From Alphaproteobacteria bacterium (GTDB taxonomy: Bacteria > Pseudomonadota > Alphaproteobacteria > UBA828), in NCBI GenBank assembly GCA_963422645.2, contig CAXXVO010000008.1, positions 160,001-224,000 on the forward strand: a DNA stretch of 64,000 nucleotides, written 5' to 3'. The notes beneath the pieces are model-generated. The model made no database searches and was not told the origin of the DNA. It saw only the letters and a list, made by a program, of their open reading frames with translations. The translations under genes and the position numbers were made by a program. Positions 20,048-29,534 of this stretch are shown in pieces. Within the stretch, counting starts at the first letter, position 1, and every line of letters begins with the position of its first letter.

Positions 20048-20163
20048 CTCCCCCACCACCCCGTCCGTCCAAACGACGAGGTGTGTTCATGGACACAAAT
20101 CCAAGGGGGTCAATTTTGGACGCCGATCACCCCCAATAGGGGGTCACTTTTCCACGCTTAACA

Positions 20164-21381
20164 ACACTCCGCGTCGGGCAGGCCGGCGATCGCGCCTCCC
20201 GGGTCGAGTTCCGTGAGCCAGTCGGGCGCCGTCATCGCCCGCGGGCGCAGCTCGGAAAGGCCAAAGCCGGCGGCGACGTCGATCAGATAGGCCGGTGGAG
20301 GCCGCCCTTCGGCAAGTCCGTCCGCGAGCGCGGCGGAAAGCGCGGTCTCGAAGGCTTCGAACGGTACGTCGAGCGCCCCCAGCTCGTCCTCCAGGTTGCA
20401 CGCGGCACTCAGGGCTTCGTCGTCCCGGAAGATGCGCGCGATGGTGACGCCGTGGCCGGCCTTGACCACCACCACCGCGCAAGCGGGTCCGTCCGCAGGG
20501 TCGAGCATGGCGGCGAGATGCTGCATGCTCGAGCCGGCCGGCAGGGCGGCGAGGAAACGCGTCGGACGGCCCGCGGGGCGCGCCATCGGGTGGAAGCGGC
20601 CCCGCAGCCGGGTCTCGCGCAGGGCGGTATCCAGCAAGGGACGCGCGGAATCCGCCGGCATCCAGTTCCGGATGAGCGGCACGAGCGCCGGCAGGGCGGG
20701 CTCCATGGCGTCGCCCCGCACCCGGCCGGAGAGGCCGCTGGCGGCCGCCAGGCGAACCTCGGGCGAGCGGTCCAGCAGCCAGTAGAGGGCGGCGCGGCCG
20801 TACCGCTCCTCTTCGCGCCCCGAAACATGGTGGACGAAGGTCGGCCTGAACTCGGACGGAAGGACCGCCATCAGGTTGGCGAGGAGGTCGTGCAGCAGAT
20901 GATCGTCGCCGCCCGCATGGCGCGCGAGACGGTCGATCTCCCCGTCCAGCAGGCCGGGAAACGCGGCAAGCGCCTGGCCGGTGCCGGGTTCGCCGGCGAA
21001 GATCGGGAAGAGGCATTCCGGCGCATCCAGGCCTGCGCGGATGAAGGCGCGTGCCAGACCGAGCGCGGCGTGGTCCGGGAGGTCGCCGCGGGCGGCCAGG
21101 GTATCGATGGCGCCGCGCGCCTCGGCGAGGAAGGGCTCGCCGAAGCGGCGTCGGTTCTCGGCATCGCGTTGCGCCCGTTCGACCAGGACCCCGAACAGGT
21201 CGAGCGGAGCGTTGCGCTCCGAGTCCGCGGTCCGCGCGATGCGGGCGGCGAGCATGGAAGCCATGCCCGTCCTGCCGAGAAGCACCGGCGCGTGCTGCTC
21301 CGCCAGCTCCCTTCGGTCGAGGAAGTCGTCGAAGCCGTCGAGCTCGTCGAGGCAGGCTTGCAGAAGATCGGCTTCGGGCAT
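20164..21381 (-). pseudogene. Paralog of 15444-17033, 3'-truncated by IS21
   Basis: Similarity runs up to WLTELDPGGAIAGL at the IS end; roughly the last 120 residues of the paralog are missing. Confidence 0.8.
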
Positions 21382-21515
21382 GGTCGTGTCCGGGATAGAG
21401 GGCTGATGCCGGGGATCGAGACGCATCGTGCCATGGCGAGCCCGGTCGTTGAAGACGGCAGGGAGAGACGAAGAGGCGGCGGGGCGCCCGCAGCGGACAC
21501 CCCGCCGACGGTGGA

Positions 21516-21836
21516 TCAGCGGCGCCGGGCGTCGACGAAAATGCCCGCCGCGTAGCTCCCCCACATTTGCATGCCCGAGTCCGTCAGGTTGACCCCGGTG
21601 CAGACGATGACCTCGTGGCGCTCGGGCCGCAGCCGCTGAACGGCCCGCAAGCTCATCGCCTTGCGCGCCTGCTTGCGTCCGCCCTTCGATCCCTTGCCGG
21701 GCCGCCAGGGCCGGATCTGGCCCTAGTAGTCGGACAGGTACCGCTCGACCACGTAGCGCTGGTCATCGAGCCCTTGCCCGAACAGGTGGGTGAGGTAGGT
21801 TCGGGCGTTTCCATGGAGTGTGCCGTTGATCTGCAT
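21516..21836 (-). pseudogene. ~106-codon hypothetical gene with an internal TAG (21723-21725)
   Basis: RBS GGGAGG and ATG at 21836. MQINGTLHGNARTYL...YLSDY*GQIRPW...GIFVDARRR* stays in frame across the amber codon. Confidence 0.45.
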
Positions 21837-22278
21837 GTGCCGCCTCCCGCTAGCCTGTGAGTGGAAGCGGCGAGGACGCCTCTCGCCGGACGCCGCACGC
21901 CGCGCCCCGCTTCAGGCCGGGCTCTCCCTCCTGCCGGCGTGAGGGCGCCGGCGCGGAGCAAGGATCGTGATGCGGGTTGAAGGCGGGGGGCCGCACGCCG
22001 CCGGGCCGGGCGGCCCTGCGGCGCCGCCGAGGCCCGGATGGGCGACGGCATGGCTGGGCCGTGCGCGGCTGCGGAGGACGGGGCGGCGATCCCGCTGCCG
22101 GGGTTTCCGCGGGCTTTTGAGGTCAGGAGTGGTCTGGAGTTTACTTCGGGGTGGTTACTGGGTGATTATTTTCCTCGTTCCGGCGTCGGGCACACGCTCG
22201 TGTCTTCTCCCAAGCTATTGAAATGAAATGGTTATGCGCGACGGCGCGCCCAACCGTGTTGGTGGTGAGAAATCCGGG

Positions 22279-22887
22279 CTAGCTGCCGCCGCCGTCCAGG
22301 TCTTCGGCGAGGGCGTCGCGGGTTTCTTCCGGCATGACCGCGAGATGGCCGTAGGCCGGGTGCTCGATGCCGAGCAGCACGCGCGTCCCCGGTATGTGGA
22401 ACCGCGCGGCCGAGGCAGGCTGGAAGGGGAAGCGGAGGAAATGGATCGAGGAGGTCTTGCCGTCTTCGGTTGTCCGCGCGACCTCGTCCTCGATCGGCTG
22501 GGCGGCGACGGAGGCCCCGCCGACCTCCAGCTTGATGGTGTCCTCGATCCCGGCCAGGCGGTAGAGCTCGCGCTCCCTGCGCGCCGGATCGTCGATCTCC
22601 AGCATCATCGTCGCGATCAGGGCATCGCCGCGCGGAACCAGAGGATTGTAGGCCTCGAGCTCGCCCGCGATCTGCTCTTCCCCACCGCGCTCGATATAAA
22701 GCATCTCGTGGACCTGCATCCACATGGTCTCGAAGCTCTCGAAATGGAAGGTGGCGAAGGGGCCGACGGCGAGTCGGCGGTTGCGCTTCAGCGCCGCAAT
22801 GGCGACGCGGCGCTCCTTGCGGACCCTGGCGTAGTCCGCCATGTCCATGATGTCGTCGCGGGTGAGCGCGCGGCGCTGCTGGCTCAT
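22279..22887 (-). CDS. DUF3501-family protein
   Basis: FESFETMWMQVHEMLYIE, ELEAYNPLVP, ATMMLEIDD, KTSSIHFLRF. Confidence 0.88.
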   Translation of the reverse strand: MSQQRRALTRDDIMDMADYARVRKERRVAIAALKRNRRLAVGPFATFHFESFETMWMQVHEMLYIERGGEEQIAGELEAYNPLVPRGDALIATMMLEIDDPARRERELYRLAGIEDTIKLEVGGASVAAQPIEDEVARTTEDGKTSSIHFLRFPFQPASAARFHIPGTRVLLGIEHPAYGHLAVMPEETRDALAEDLDGGGS

Positions 22888-22891
22888 CGTC

Positions 22892-24250
22892 TCAGGCGAG
22901 GCCGTAGGCGCGGGCCAGCAGCTCGATCGGGTGATGGGCGCGGCCGGCGGTGGGTGCGCCGGCGGCAGGATCGCCGTCCTTGGCCGCCTGTCGGGCCATC
23001 CCGTTCACGATGTGGGCGCCGGCGAGCGGGCATTCCGAGGCAAGATAGGGATTCGCCGCCTCGCGCGCACGGCGCGCGGTGGTCCGGCCGACCTTCAGTG
23101 CGGTCTCGTGGAAGCCCTTGGTGACGCCGATGGAGCCGCCGTGGCCGGAGCAGCGCTCGATGATGGAGACCTCGGTGTCCGGCACCAGCGCCAGCATGTC
23201 CGCCGATTTGCGCCCGACATTCTGAGCCCGCTCGTGGCAGGGCAGGTGCAGCGTGATGCCACCGTCGATGGGGGCAAGGCCCGGCGCCAGCCCCTCCGAC
23301 CGTGAGATGCCGACGACGTATTCACAAATGTCATAGCTGTGCTTGGCGAGTCGCTCGACCGCCGGGTCGTCCGGCAAGATCAGCGGCCATTCGAGCTTGA
23401 GCATGAGCGCGCAGCTCGCGACCAGGGCGATCACGTCGTAGCCCTTGTCGATCCACTCGCCGAGCGCTCCCGCCACATGCCGCGCGTTGTCTGCGACCCG
23501 CTCAATATCGCCTTCTTCCAACTGCGGCATGCCGCAGCAGCGGGGGTAGACGACGGTAGTCTCGACGCCGTTGTGCGCCAGCACCTTGCGGGCCGCCGCG
23601 CCAACCTCCGGCTGGTTGTAGTTGGCGAAGCAGGTCGCGTAGATCACCGCCTTGCGCCCGTTCGCGGGCGCCTGCCGGTTGACCGCCGGCCCTCCCTTGG
23701 CCGCACGGTCGAGCATGGTGCGGCGGTGGTAGCGCGGCAGCGGCGCCTCCTTGTGGACGCCCGCGACGGCCTCCATCAATGGCCGGGTGAGCCGGTTGTC
23801 CTGGGCGGAGCCCCAGTTCAAGACCGGTGCGAAGGTACGGGCCAAGCGGCCGTTTCGGTCGGTCTCCGCAAGCCCTTTGGACGCGGTGGTATGGCGCCGG
23901 CCCGCGCGGCGGTCCGCGGCGCGGTGGCGCAGCATGAGATGGGGAAAATCGACGTCCCACTCATGCGGCGGCGTGTAGGGGCACATGGTCATGAAGCACA
24001 TATCGCAGAGCGTGCAGGCATCCACGACCGACTTGAAACCGGACGAATCAACGGAATCGAGCTCGCCCGTCTCGGACTCGTCGATCAGGTCGAAGAGCCG
24101 CGGGAAGGAATCGCACAGGCTGAAGCAGCGCCGGCAGCCATGGCAGATATCGAAGACCCGGCGGGTCTCCTGCTCCAGCGCCGCGCTGTCGTAGAATTCG
24201 GGGTTTCGCCAGTCTATCGGATGGCGGAAGGGCGCACCCTCGTCGGCCAT
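22892..24250 (-). CDS. Fe-S oxidoreductase (GlpC/heterodisulfide-reductase-like, CCG domains)
   Basis: CHGCRRCFSLC, CTLCDMCFMTMCPY, RCCGMP, CSGHGG, SECPLA. Confidence 0.9.
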   Translation of the reverse strand: MADEGAPFRHPIDWRNPEFYDSAALEQETRRVFDICHGCRRCFSLCDSFPRLFDLIDESETGELDSVDSSGFKSVVDACTLCDMCFMTMCPYTPPHEWDVDFPHLMLRHRAADRRAGRRHTTASKGLAETDRNGRLARTFAPVLNWGSAQDNRLTRPLMEAVAGVHKEAPLPRYHRRTMLDRAAKGGPAVNRQAPANGRKAVIYATCFANYNQPEVGAAARKVLAHNGVETTVVYPRCCGMPQLEEGDIERVADNARHVAGALGEWIDKGYDVIALVASCALMLKLEWPLILPDDPAVERLAKHSYDICEYVVGISRSEGLAPGLAPIDGGITLHLPCHERAQNVGRKSADMLALVPDTEVSIIERCSGHGGSIGVTKGFHETALKVGRTTARRAREAANPYLASECPLAGAHIVNGMARQAAKDGDPAAGAPTAGRAHHPIELLARAYGLA

Positions 24251-24263
24251 CGCGACGGCAGCG

Positions 24264-24398
24264 TTACCGGCACGAACCGCAGAGACGGTTACCCGGCCCT
24301 GCGCTATCGAAGAGGCGGCTACAGCGCAGGCAGCGGCGCTGGCTCTCTTGTGCCTCCAGGCGATCGAGCTCCGCGAGTTCGTCGGAGAGCGAGATCAT
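24264..24398 (-). CDS. 44-aa CxxC...CxxC zinc-finger miniprotein
   Basis: MISLSDELAELDRLEAQESQRRCLRCSRLFDSAGPGNRLCGSCR; stop lies 13 bp before the Fe-S oxidoreductase ATG. Start uncertain. Confidence 0.55.
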   Translation of the reverse strand: MISLSDELAELDRLEAQESQRRCLRCSRLFDSAGPGNRLCGSCR

Positions 24399-24610
24399 CC
24401 CGGGTCCGCGATCTACATTCCTGGCGGCTTCACGCCGCGCATCCCATTTGGTCCGTCGTTGAGGCGCGAGCGACATCATTTGGCGCGAGTTCCCTAGCGA
24501 AGTCGTCTGGTGGGCATCCGGTAGGACCATTGTAGCGGAACACGGCGCCCGATCTAAGCCGAAATTTCATATCGGGTGCCCAAAATAGACACCTAATACC
24601 CTGTGGGGGG

Positions 24611-24753
24611 CTATTCGGCGGCCTCAGTGCTGCCTGCGGGCGTGCGGAAGGCCGGAATCACGGCCTCGGCGAAAAGCCGCAGGCTTTTCAATAGATTATC
24701 CGCGCCGTAATAGGGCGGGTAGTGAAGCAGTAGGGAATCGAGTCCGGTGGCGG
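24611..24753 (-). pseudogene. 3' part of an LLM-class flavin-dependent oxidoreductase split by the Mu-like element
   Basis: TGLDSLLLHYPPYYGADNLLKSLRLFAEAVIPAF is the typical LLM C-terminus and joins in frame to 29883-30824. Confidence 0.9.
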
Positions 24754-24759
24754 TGTAGC

Positions 24760-24803
24760 CGGCCAGAAGTCTTTGCGAATCGCGGCCAGAAGTCTTTGCG
24801 AAT
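24760..24803 (+). repeat. Two tandem 21-bp putative transposase-binding sites CGGCCAGAAGTCTTTGCGAAT
   Basis: Exact copies at 24760-24780 and 24783-24803; inverted related copies at 29740-29760 and 29856-29876. Confidence 0.88.
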
Positions 24804-24860
24804 GGCCTGGAAAACAGGCTGATTTTCGGGGCTGATTCGGGCTGGAAAAACGGCCTCTGC

Positions 24861-25334
24861 ATCGGCAGGACGCAGAAGGAGATCCTCGGCGTTCTGAACG
24901 CCGCCCTCGGGGAGCGCGGCGAGGAACCCATCGGCGCCGCCTCGCTCAACCGCTACGTCAACCGCCCCGCGATCCGGGCGCTCGCCGAGCGCGCCCGGGC
25001 GGCGTGCGAGATGGGCGCCGCGATCGCGCAGTCGGCCGGGGAGGGCGCCGGCGCCGCGCTCGACCGCGGACTGGTCCAGGCGGGCCAGACGCTCGCCATG
25101 GAGGCGCTGCCCGCCATCCCCTGGGACGAGCTCGAGCCCGAGGACAGGGTGAAGCTGATCGCCAATTTCGGGCTCGCCGTGCGCCGCTTCGCATCGTCGG
25201 CCGCCGTGGCCGACGCCCGCGGGCGAGCGATCCGCGCCGATGCCGCCGAAGCCGCCGTGAAGGAAGCGCGCAGACAGGGGCTGTCGGCCGAGGGCGCGGC
25301 GAAGATCCGCGCGCAAATCGAGGGGGCGGCATGA
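24861..25334 (+). pseudogene. Mu gp27-like (DUF3486) putative small terminase, 5'-truncated
   Basis: The frame is open upstream of ATG 25011 (GRTQKEILGVLNAAL...IGAASLNRY), but no ATG/GTG/TTG occurs before the in-frame TAG at 24756. C-terminus GLSAEGAAKIRAQIEG; ATGA overlap with terL. Confidence 0.7.
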
Positions 25335-26767
25335 GCCGGGCGCTCCTGCCCTACCAGAGCCGCTGGGTTGCAGACAGGGCACAGCTCAAGATCGTCGAGA
25401 AGTCGCGCCGCATCGGCCTGTCCTGGGCCGAGGCCTACGACGCCGTGATGCACGCCGCCGTGGGTGGGGGCAACGTCACCTACCAGTCCTACGACAGGGA
25501 GATGACCAGAGGCTTCGTCGACGACTGCGCGGACTGGGCGGAGCACCTGGACTTCGAGGCCGGCGCCATCGGCGAGAGCGTCATCGATGCCGGCAATGCC
25601 AGGGCCGTGCAGGTGTTCCGCATCCGGCTCGCATCGGGGAAGACCATCACGTCGATGACCAGCGCGCCGCGCGCGCTCAGGTCCAGGGGACGCCCCGGAG
25701 ACCGGGCGATAATCGACGAGGCCGCCTTCGTCGACGACCTGGGCGAGGTGCTCAAGGCCGCGCTCGCCTTCCTCACGTGGGGCGGGCGGGTCCATGTGAT
25801 CTCGACCCACAACGGCGAGGCCAGCCCCTTCAACCTGCTGCTGCGCGACGTGCGCGAGGGCCGCCAGCCGGGGTCGGTCCACAGCATCCCCTTCCGCCGG
25901 GCCGTCGCAGAAGGGCTGGGCCGGCGCATCTTCGAGGTGACGGGCAAGGAGTACTCGCCCGGGGCGGAGGCCGAATGGGAGGCCGGGATCCGGCGCACCT
26001 ACGGCCACCGGGGCGCCGAGGAGCTCGACTGCGTGCCCAGTGCAGGGACCGGCGCCTGGCTCGCATGGGACCTGATCCGCGAGCGCGAGCACCCGGACGC
26101 GGGCGATCCTGTGCGCCACGCCGGCGGGAGCACCTGGATCGGCGTCGACGTGGCGCGGCGCCGCGATCTCTGGGTCGCCGCCGTCATCGAGAAGGCCGCC
26201 GACGCGCTCTGGGTGCGCGAGATCGTCGCCCGCCAGGGCATCCCGTTCAGCGAGCAGCGCAGGATCGTGCGCGGCCTCGCCGAACGCTACCGCCCGCTCC
26301 GCATCGCGGTCGACCAGACCGGCATGGGCGAGGCCGTGGTCGAGCAGTGGCAGGAGGACCACGGCACGCTGCGGGTCGAGGGCGTGCTCATGACCGGCCC
26401 GCGCCGGCTGGATGCCGCCACCGCGCTGCGCGAGGCCATGGAGGACAAGCGCCTGCGCCTCCCCGCAGACGAGGCATTGCGCCGCGACCTCCACGCCGTG
26501 CGCGCCGAGGCCGGACCCACCGGCTCGCCCCGCCTGGTCGCCGAGCGCTCGGGCACCGACGGCCACGCCGACCGCTTCTGGGCGCTCGCGCTCGCCTGCC
26601 TCTCGGCCTCGCAGGCATCCGGCCCCTTCCAGGCCTGGATCGGCGAGGGCCGCCACGCCGTCCATGACATGCCGGGCTCCCCCTTCGACGGCGATACCGG
26701 CTACCGCATCGACACCGAACTCGGCGTCGTCCATTCCCCCCTCTCCGCCCTGAACGGCTGGCGATAG
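25331..26767 (+). CDS. Mu gp28-like terminase large subunit
   Basis: LLPYQSRW, EKSRRIGLSW, AIIDEAAF, ISTHNG, IGVDVARRRD, DQTGMG, HADRFWALALA. Confidence 0.92.
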   Translation: MSRALLPYQSRWVADRAQLKIVEKSRRIGLSWAEAYDAVMHAAVGGGNVTYQSYDREMTRGFVDDCADWAEHLDFEAGAIGESVIDAGNARAVQVFRIRLASGKTITSMTSAPRALRSRGRPGDRAIIDEAAFVDDLGEVLKAALAFLTWGGRVHVISTHNGEASPFNLLLRDVREGRQPGSVHSIPFRRAVAEGLGRRIFEVTGKEYSPGAEAEWEAGIRRTYGHRGAEELDCVPSAGTGAWLAWDLIREREHPDAGDPVRHAGGSTWIGVDVARRRDLWVAAVIEKAADALWVREIVARQGIPFSEQRRIVRGLAERYRPLRIAVDQTGMGEAVVEQWQEDHGTLRVEGVLMTGPRRLDAATALREAMEDKRLRLPADEALRRDLHAVRAEAGPTGSPRLVAERSGTDGHADRFWALALACLSASQASGPFQAWIGEGRHAVHDMPGSPFDGDTGYRIDTELGVVHSPLSALNGWR

Positions 26768-26770
26768 CCC

Positions 26771-28258
26771 ATGGCCGCGCCCGCCCCCGCACGTCCCGGG
26801 ACCGCCGAGATCGCAGGCCCGCAGGCCGGCATCGGCGGCATCGGCGAGCTCGTCCTCCCCTGGCTCGACAGCGACCCGGCGCTCGGCGCCGACCCCCGCC
26901 AGTGGCAGGCCGATCCCACCGGGATCGCGGCCGCACAGGCCGCGCTCCGCGACCCCCACGCCCGCGCCGTCCTCGACCAGCGCCTCGACGCCGTCACGGC
27001 CGCCCCCCTCGATATCGAACCCGGCGGCCCGATGCGCCGCGACAGACAGGCCGCCGGGGACCTCGCGGACCAGTTCGGCGGGATCGGGATCGACCGCATC
27101 TCCCGCGAACTCCTCCACGCCGCCTGGTACGGATACAGCATCGCCGAGTGCATCTGGGAGATCGACGGCGCCCGCGTCCGCCTCGCCGATCTCAAGGTCC
27201 GCGACCCCGCCCGCTTCCGCTGGCGCAGGGACGGAACCCCGCTGCTCGTTACCCGCGAGAACCCGCGCGGCGCCGAACTCCCGCCCGCCAAGTTCGTCGT
27301 GCTCGCCCAGCCCCGCAGCCACGGCGGCCAGCCCCACGGCCCCGGCGCCGCACAGTGGTGCCTCTGGCCGGTCTGGCTCAAGCGCCAGGCTGTGCGCATG
27401 TGGGCGGTCGCGCTCGAGAAGTTCGGCAGCCCCACCGCCATCGGCACCGTCCGCCGCGACGCGCCGGCGGCCGAGATCGAGACGATGCTCCAGGCCCAGC
27501 GCGCCATGGCCGGAGGCACCGGCCTCGTCATCCCCGAAGGCCAGGAACTCAAGCTGCTCGACTCGGTCCGCCGCGCCGGCGGCGACTACGGCGCCTTCGT
27601 CGCAGCCCTCGACGGCATGATCGCGGACGCCGTCCTCGGCCAGCGCGCAACCTCCGAGATCGGACCCTGGCGCGGCACCGCCGAAGTCCAGGCCAAGGTG
27701 CTGGAGCGCCTCGTCGCCGCCGACGCCCGACGGCTCTCCGCCGCGCTGCGCAACTCCGTCGCCGCCTGGCTCACCCAATGGAACTTCCCCGGCGCAGACG
27801 TGCCCGAACTCGCCCGCAACACCGCGCCCCCCGAGGATCTCGTGGCCCGCGCCAGGCGCGAGGAGACCGTCGCCCGAACCTCGGGCCTCCGCCCCACCCC
27901 CGCCCATGTCGAGCAGGTCTACGGCGGAGAATGGGAGAAAGCCCCCGCCCCACCCCCGACGCCAGGCGGCGATCCCCGCCCCGCGCGCCTCGCCGAGCCG
28001 GCGCAGCAGGACGACGACGCCATCGACGACGCCGTGGACGCGATCGCCGCAGACTGGCAGCCCCTCGTGGAGCCGGTCGTCGCCCCCGTGCTCGGCGCCG
28101 CAGAGAACGCCGACAGCCTCGGCCGCTTCCGTGCCGCGCTCGACGAGCGCCAGCTCTGGGAGGACATGAACGCAGACCGCATCGCCCGCCGCCTCCGCCG
28201 CACCGCATTCTCCGCCCGCCTCTCCGGCGACGCAGGCCTCGACGAGGGCGAGGGCTGA
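26771..28258 (+). CDS. Mu gp29-like portal protein (DUF935)
   Basis: AAWYGYSIAECIW, LWPVWLKR, WAVALEKFGSP, VLGQ, WNFPG; located between terL and gpF. Confidence 0.88.
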   Translation: MAAPAPARPGTAEIAGPQAGIGGIGELVLPWLDSDPALGADPRQWQADPTGIAAAQAALRDPHARAVLDQRLDAVTAAPLDIEPGGPMRRDRQAAGDLADQFGGIGIDRISRELLHAAWYGYSIAECIWEIDGARVRLADLKVRDPARFRWRRDGTPLLVTRENPRGAELPPAKFVVLAQPRSHGGQPHGPGAAQWCLWPVWLKRQAVRMWAVALEKFGSPTAIGTVRRDAPAAEIETMLQAQRAMAGGTGLVIPEGQELKLLDSVRRAGGDYGAFVAALDGMIADAVLGQRATSEIGPWRGTAEVQAKVLERLVAADARRLSAALRNSVAAWLTQWNFPGADVPELARNTAPPEDLVARARREETVARTSGLRPTPAHVEQVYGGEWEKAPAPPPTPGGDPRPARLAEPAQQDDDAIDDAVDAIAADWQPLVEPVVAPVLGAAENADSLGRFRAALDERQLWEDMNADRIARRLRRTAFSARLSGDAGLDEGEG

Positions 28259-29451
28259 TGCCCGCGCCCGAGATCCTGGACGTACCCCCCGCCGAGGCCG
28301 TCGAGCACTTCCGCGCCAGGGGCTTCCACACAGGCTTCGACTGGCGCGACACCGATGCCGAGCAGCACCTGGTCTCCTTCACCGCCGCCAAGGCCGCGAA
28401 GCTCGACATCCTCCAGGACCTGCGCACCGCCGCCGACAAGGCCATCGCGGACGGCACAACCTTCGAGACCTTCGCCAGGGAGCTGCAGCCCACCCTGGTC
28501 CGCAAGGGATGGTGGGGCAGGCAGCCCATGACCGATCCCCTCACCGGCAAGACGCGCATCGTCCAGCTCGGCTCGGCCCACCGCCTGCGCATTATCTTCG
28601 ATACCAACATCCGCATGGCCTACGCCCGCGGCCGATGGGAGCGCATCGAGCGCCTCAGGGAGGCCATGCCCTGGCTCCGCTACGTCGCCGTCCAGGACGC
28701 CCGCACCAGGCCCGACCACCTCGCATGGCACGGCACCATCCTTCCGGTCGATCACCCCTTCTGGCAGACGCACTACCCGCCCAACGGATGGAAGTGCCGC
28801 TGCATCGTCCAGCAGCTCGGAGACGACGACCTGGAGCGCTACGGATACAAGGTGTCCGAGGGTCCGCCGCCCGGCTCCGGGCGCACCAGGCCCTGGAAGA
28901 ACCGCCGCACAGGCCGCATCCACCAGGTCCCCCTCGGCATCGATCCCGGCTTCCAGCACAACGTCGGCCGCGCCCGGCCCGGGCGCGACAGCGCAAACCG
29001 CCTGATCGAGAAGATCGACGACGCGCCCCCCGACCTCGCACGCGCCGCCATAGGCCAACCCTGGCGCGGGCAGCTCTTCCGCCGCCACCTCGAAGGCCGG
29101 TCCGACGCCGACTGGCCCGCGGCCGTGCTCTCCGCCCCGGTGCGCGGCGCCATCGGCGCACGCTCCCGAACCGTCCGCCTCTCCACAGAAACCGCCGCAA
29201 AGCAGGCCAGGCGACACCCCGATCTCGAACCCGCAGACTACGCCCGCGTCCAGCGCATCCTCGATCAAGGGGAGATGTTCGCCGGCTACGAACGTCAGGC
29301 CGTCGGCTTCCTCGAAGAGAACGGCCGCCTGTGGCGCGCCGTCGTCAAGGCCACCGTGGACGGCTCCGAGACTTATCTCGTGACCCTTCACAAGGCGCAG
29401 CCCCGGGACCGCGACGTGGCGCAGCGGCGTTGGGTCAGGATCGAGCTTTGA
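28258..29451 (+). CDS. Mu gpF-like head morphogenesis protein with a ~150-aa C-terminal extension (possible PBECR/BECR fold)
   Basis: RLRIIFDTNIRMAYARGRW, YVAVQDARTRPDHLAWHG, FWQTHYPPNGWKCRC, IDPGFQHNVG, then extension KQARRHPDL...WRAVVKAT...YLVTLHK. TGATG overlap with the portal gene. Confidence 0.88.
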   Translation: MPAPEILDVPPAEAVEHFRARGFHTGFDWRDTDAEQHLVSFTAAKAAKLDILQDLRTAADKAIADGTTFETFARELQPTLVRKGWWGRQPMTDPLTGKTRIVQLGSAHRLRIIFDTNIRMAYARGRWERIERLREAMPWLRYVAVQDARTRPDHLAWHGTILPVDHPFWQTHYPPNGWKCRCIVQQLGDDDLERYGYKVSEGPPPGSGRTRPWKNRRTGRIHQVPLGIDPGFQHNVGRARPGRDSANRLIEKIDDAPPDLARAAIGQPWRGQLFRRHLEGRSDADWPAAVLSAPVRGAIGARSRTVRLSTETAAKQARRHPDLEPADYARVQRILDQGEMFAGYERQAVGFLEENGRLWRAVVKATVDGSETYLVTLHKAQPRDRDVAQRRWVRIEL

Positions 29452-29460
29452 AGGGAAAGA

Positions 29461-29528
29461 TGGCGCCGGGCGGGCCGCAACCCCCGCGCTCGCCCGAAGG
29501 CATGAGAGTCATGCGTGCTTCCAGCGCC
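29461..29528 (-). ncRNA. Predicted 68-nt tRNA-like structured RNA convergent with gpF
   Basis: GGCGCUGG/CCGGCGCC 8-bp closing stem plus 3' A; GCAUGA-CUC-UCAUGC hairpin; C(UUCG)G loop; GCGGG/CCCGC arm directly 5' of the closing stem; promoter correctly spaced upstream. Confidence 0.55.
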
Positions 29529-29534
29529 ACGCCG

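Larger units (their letters stand above)
17616..20163 (-). mobile_element. IS21-family insertion sequence (2548 bp), no target duplication visible
   Basis: Ends TGTCAATCG... and ...CGCTTAACA; repeated TGACCCCC sub-terminal motifs at both ends; istA plus istB. Confidence 0.92.

Noticed and set aside
24760-24803. CRISPR array from the 21-bp direct repeats
   Set aside because: Only two copies with a 2-bp gap and inverted partners at the other element end; no CRISPR array was seen anywhere in the window.
24611-24949. 112-aa ORF with a repeated FAKTSGR peptide as a real gene
   Set aside because: The N-terminal part is the translated element end (the two 21-bp repeats) fused to the LLM C-terminus.
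29461-29528. Canonical tRNA gene or plain rho-independent terminator
   Set aside because: It lacks a D arm and the TTCGA loop, so it is not a standard tRNA. The multi-branched fold, upstream promoter and absence of a long U tract argue against a simple terminator, though a terminator role is not excluded.
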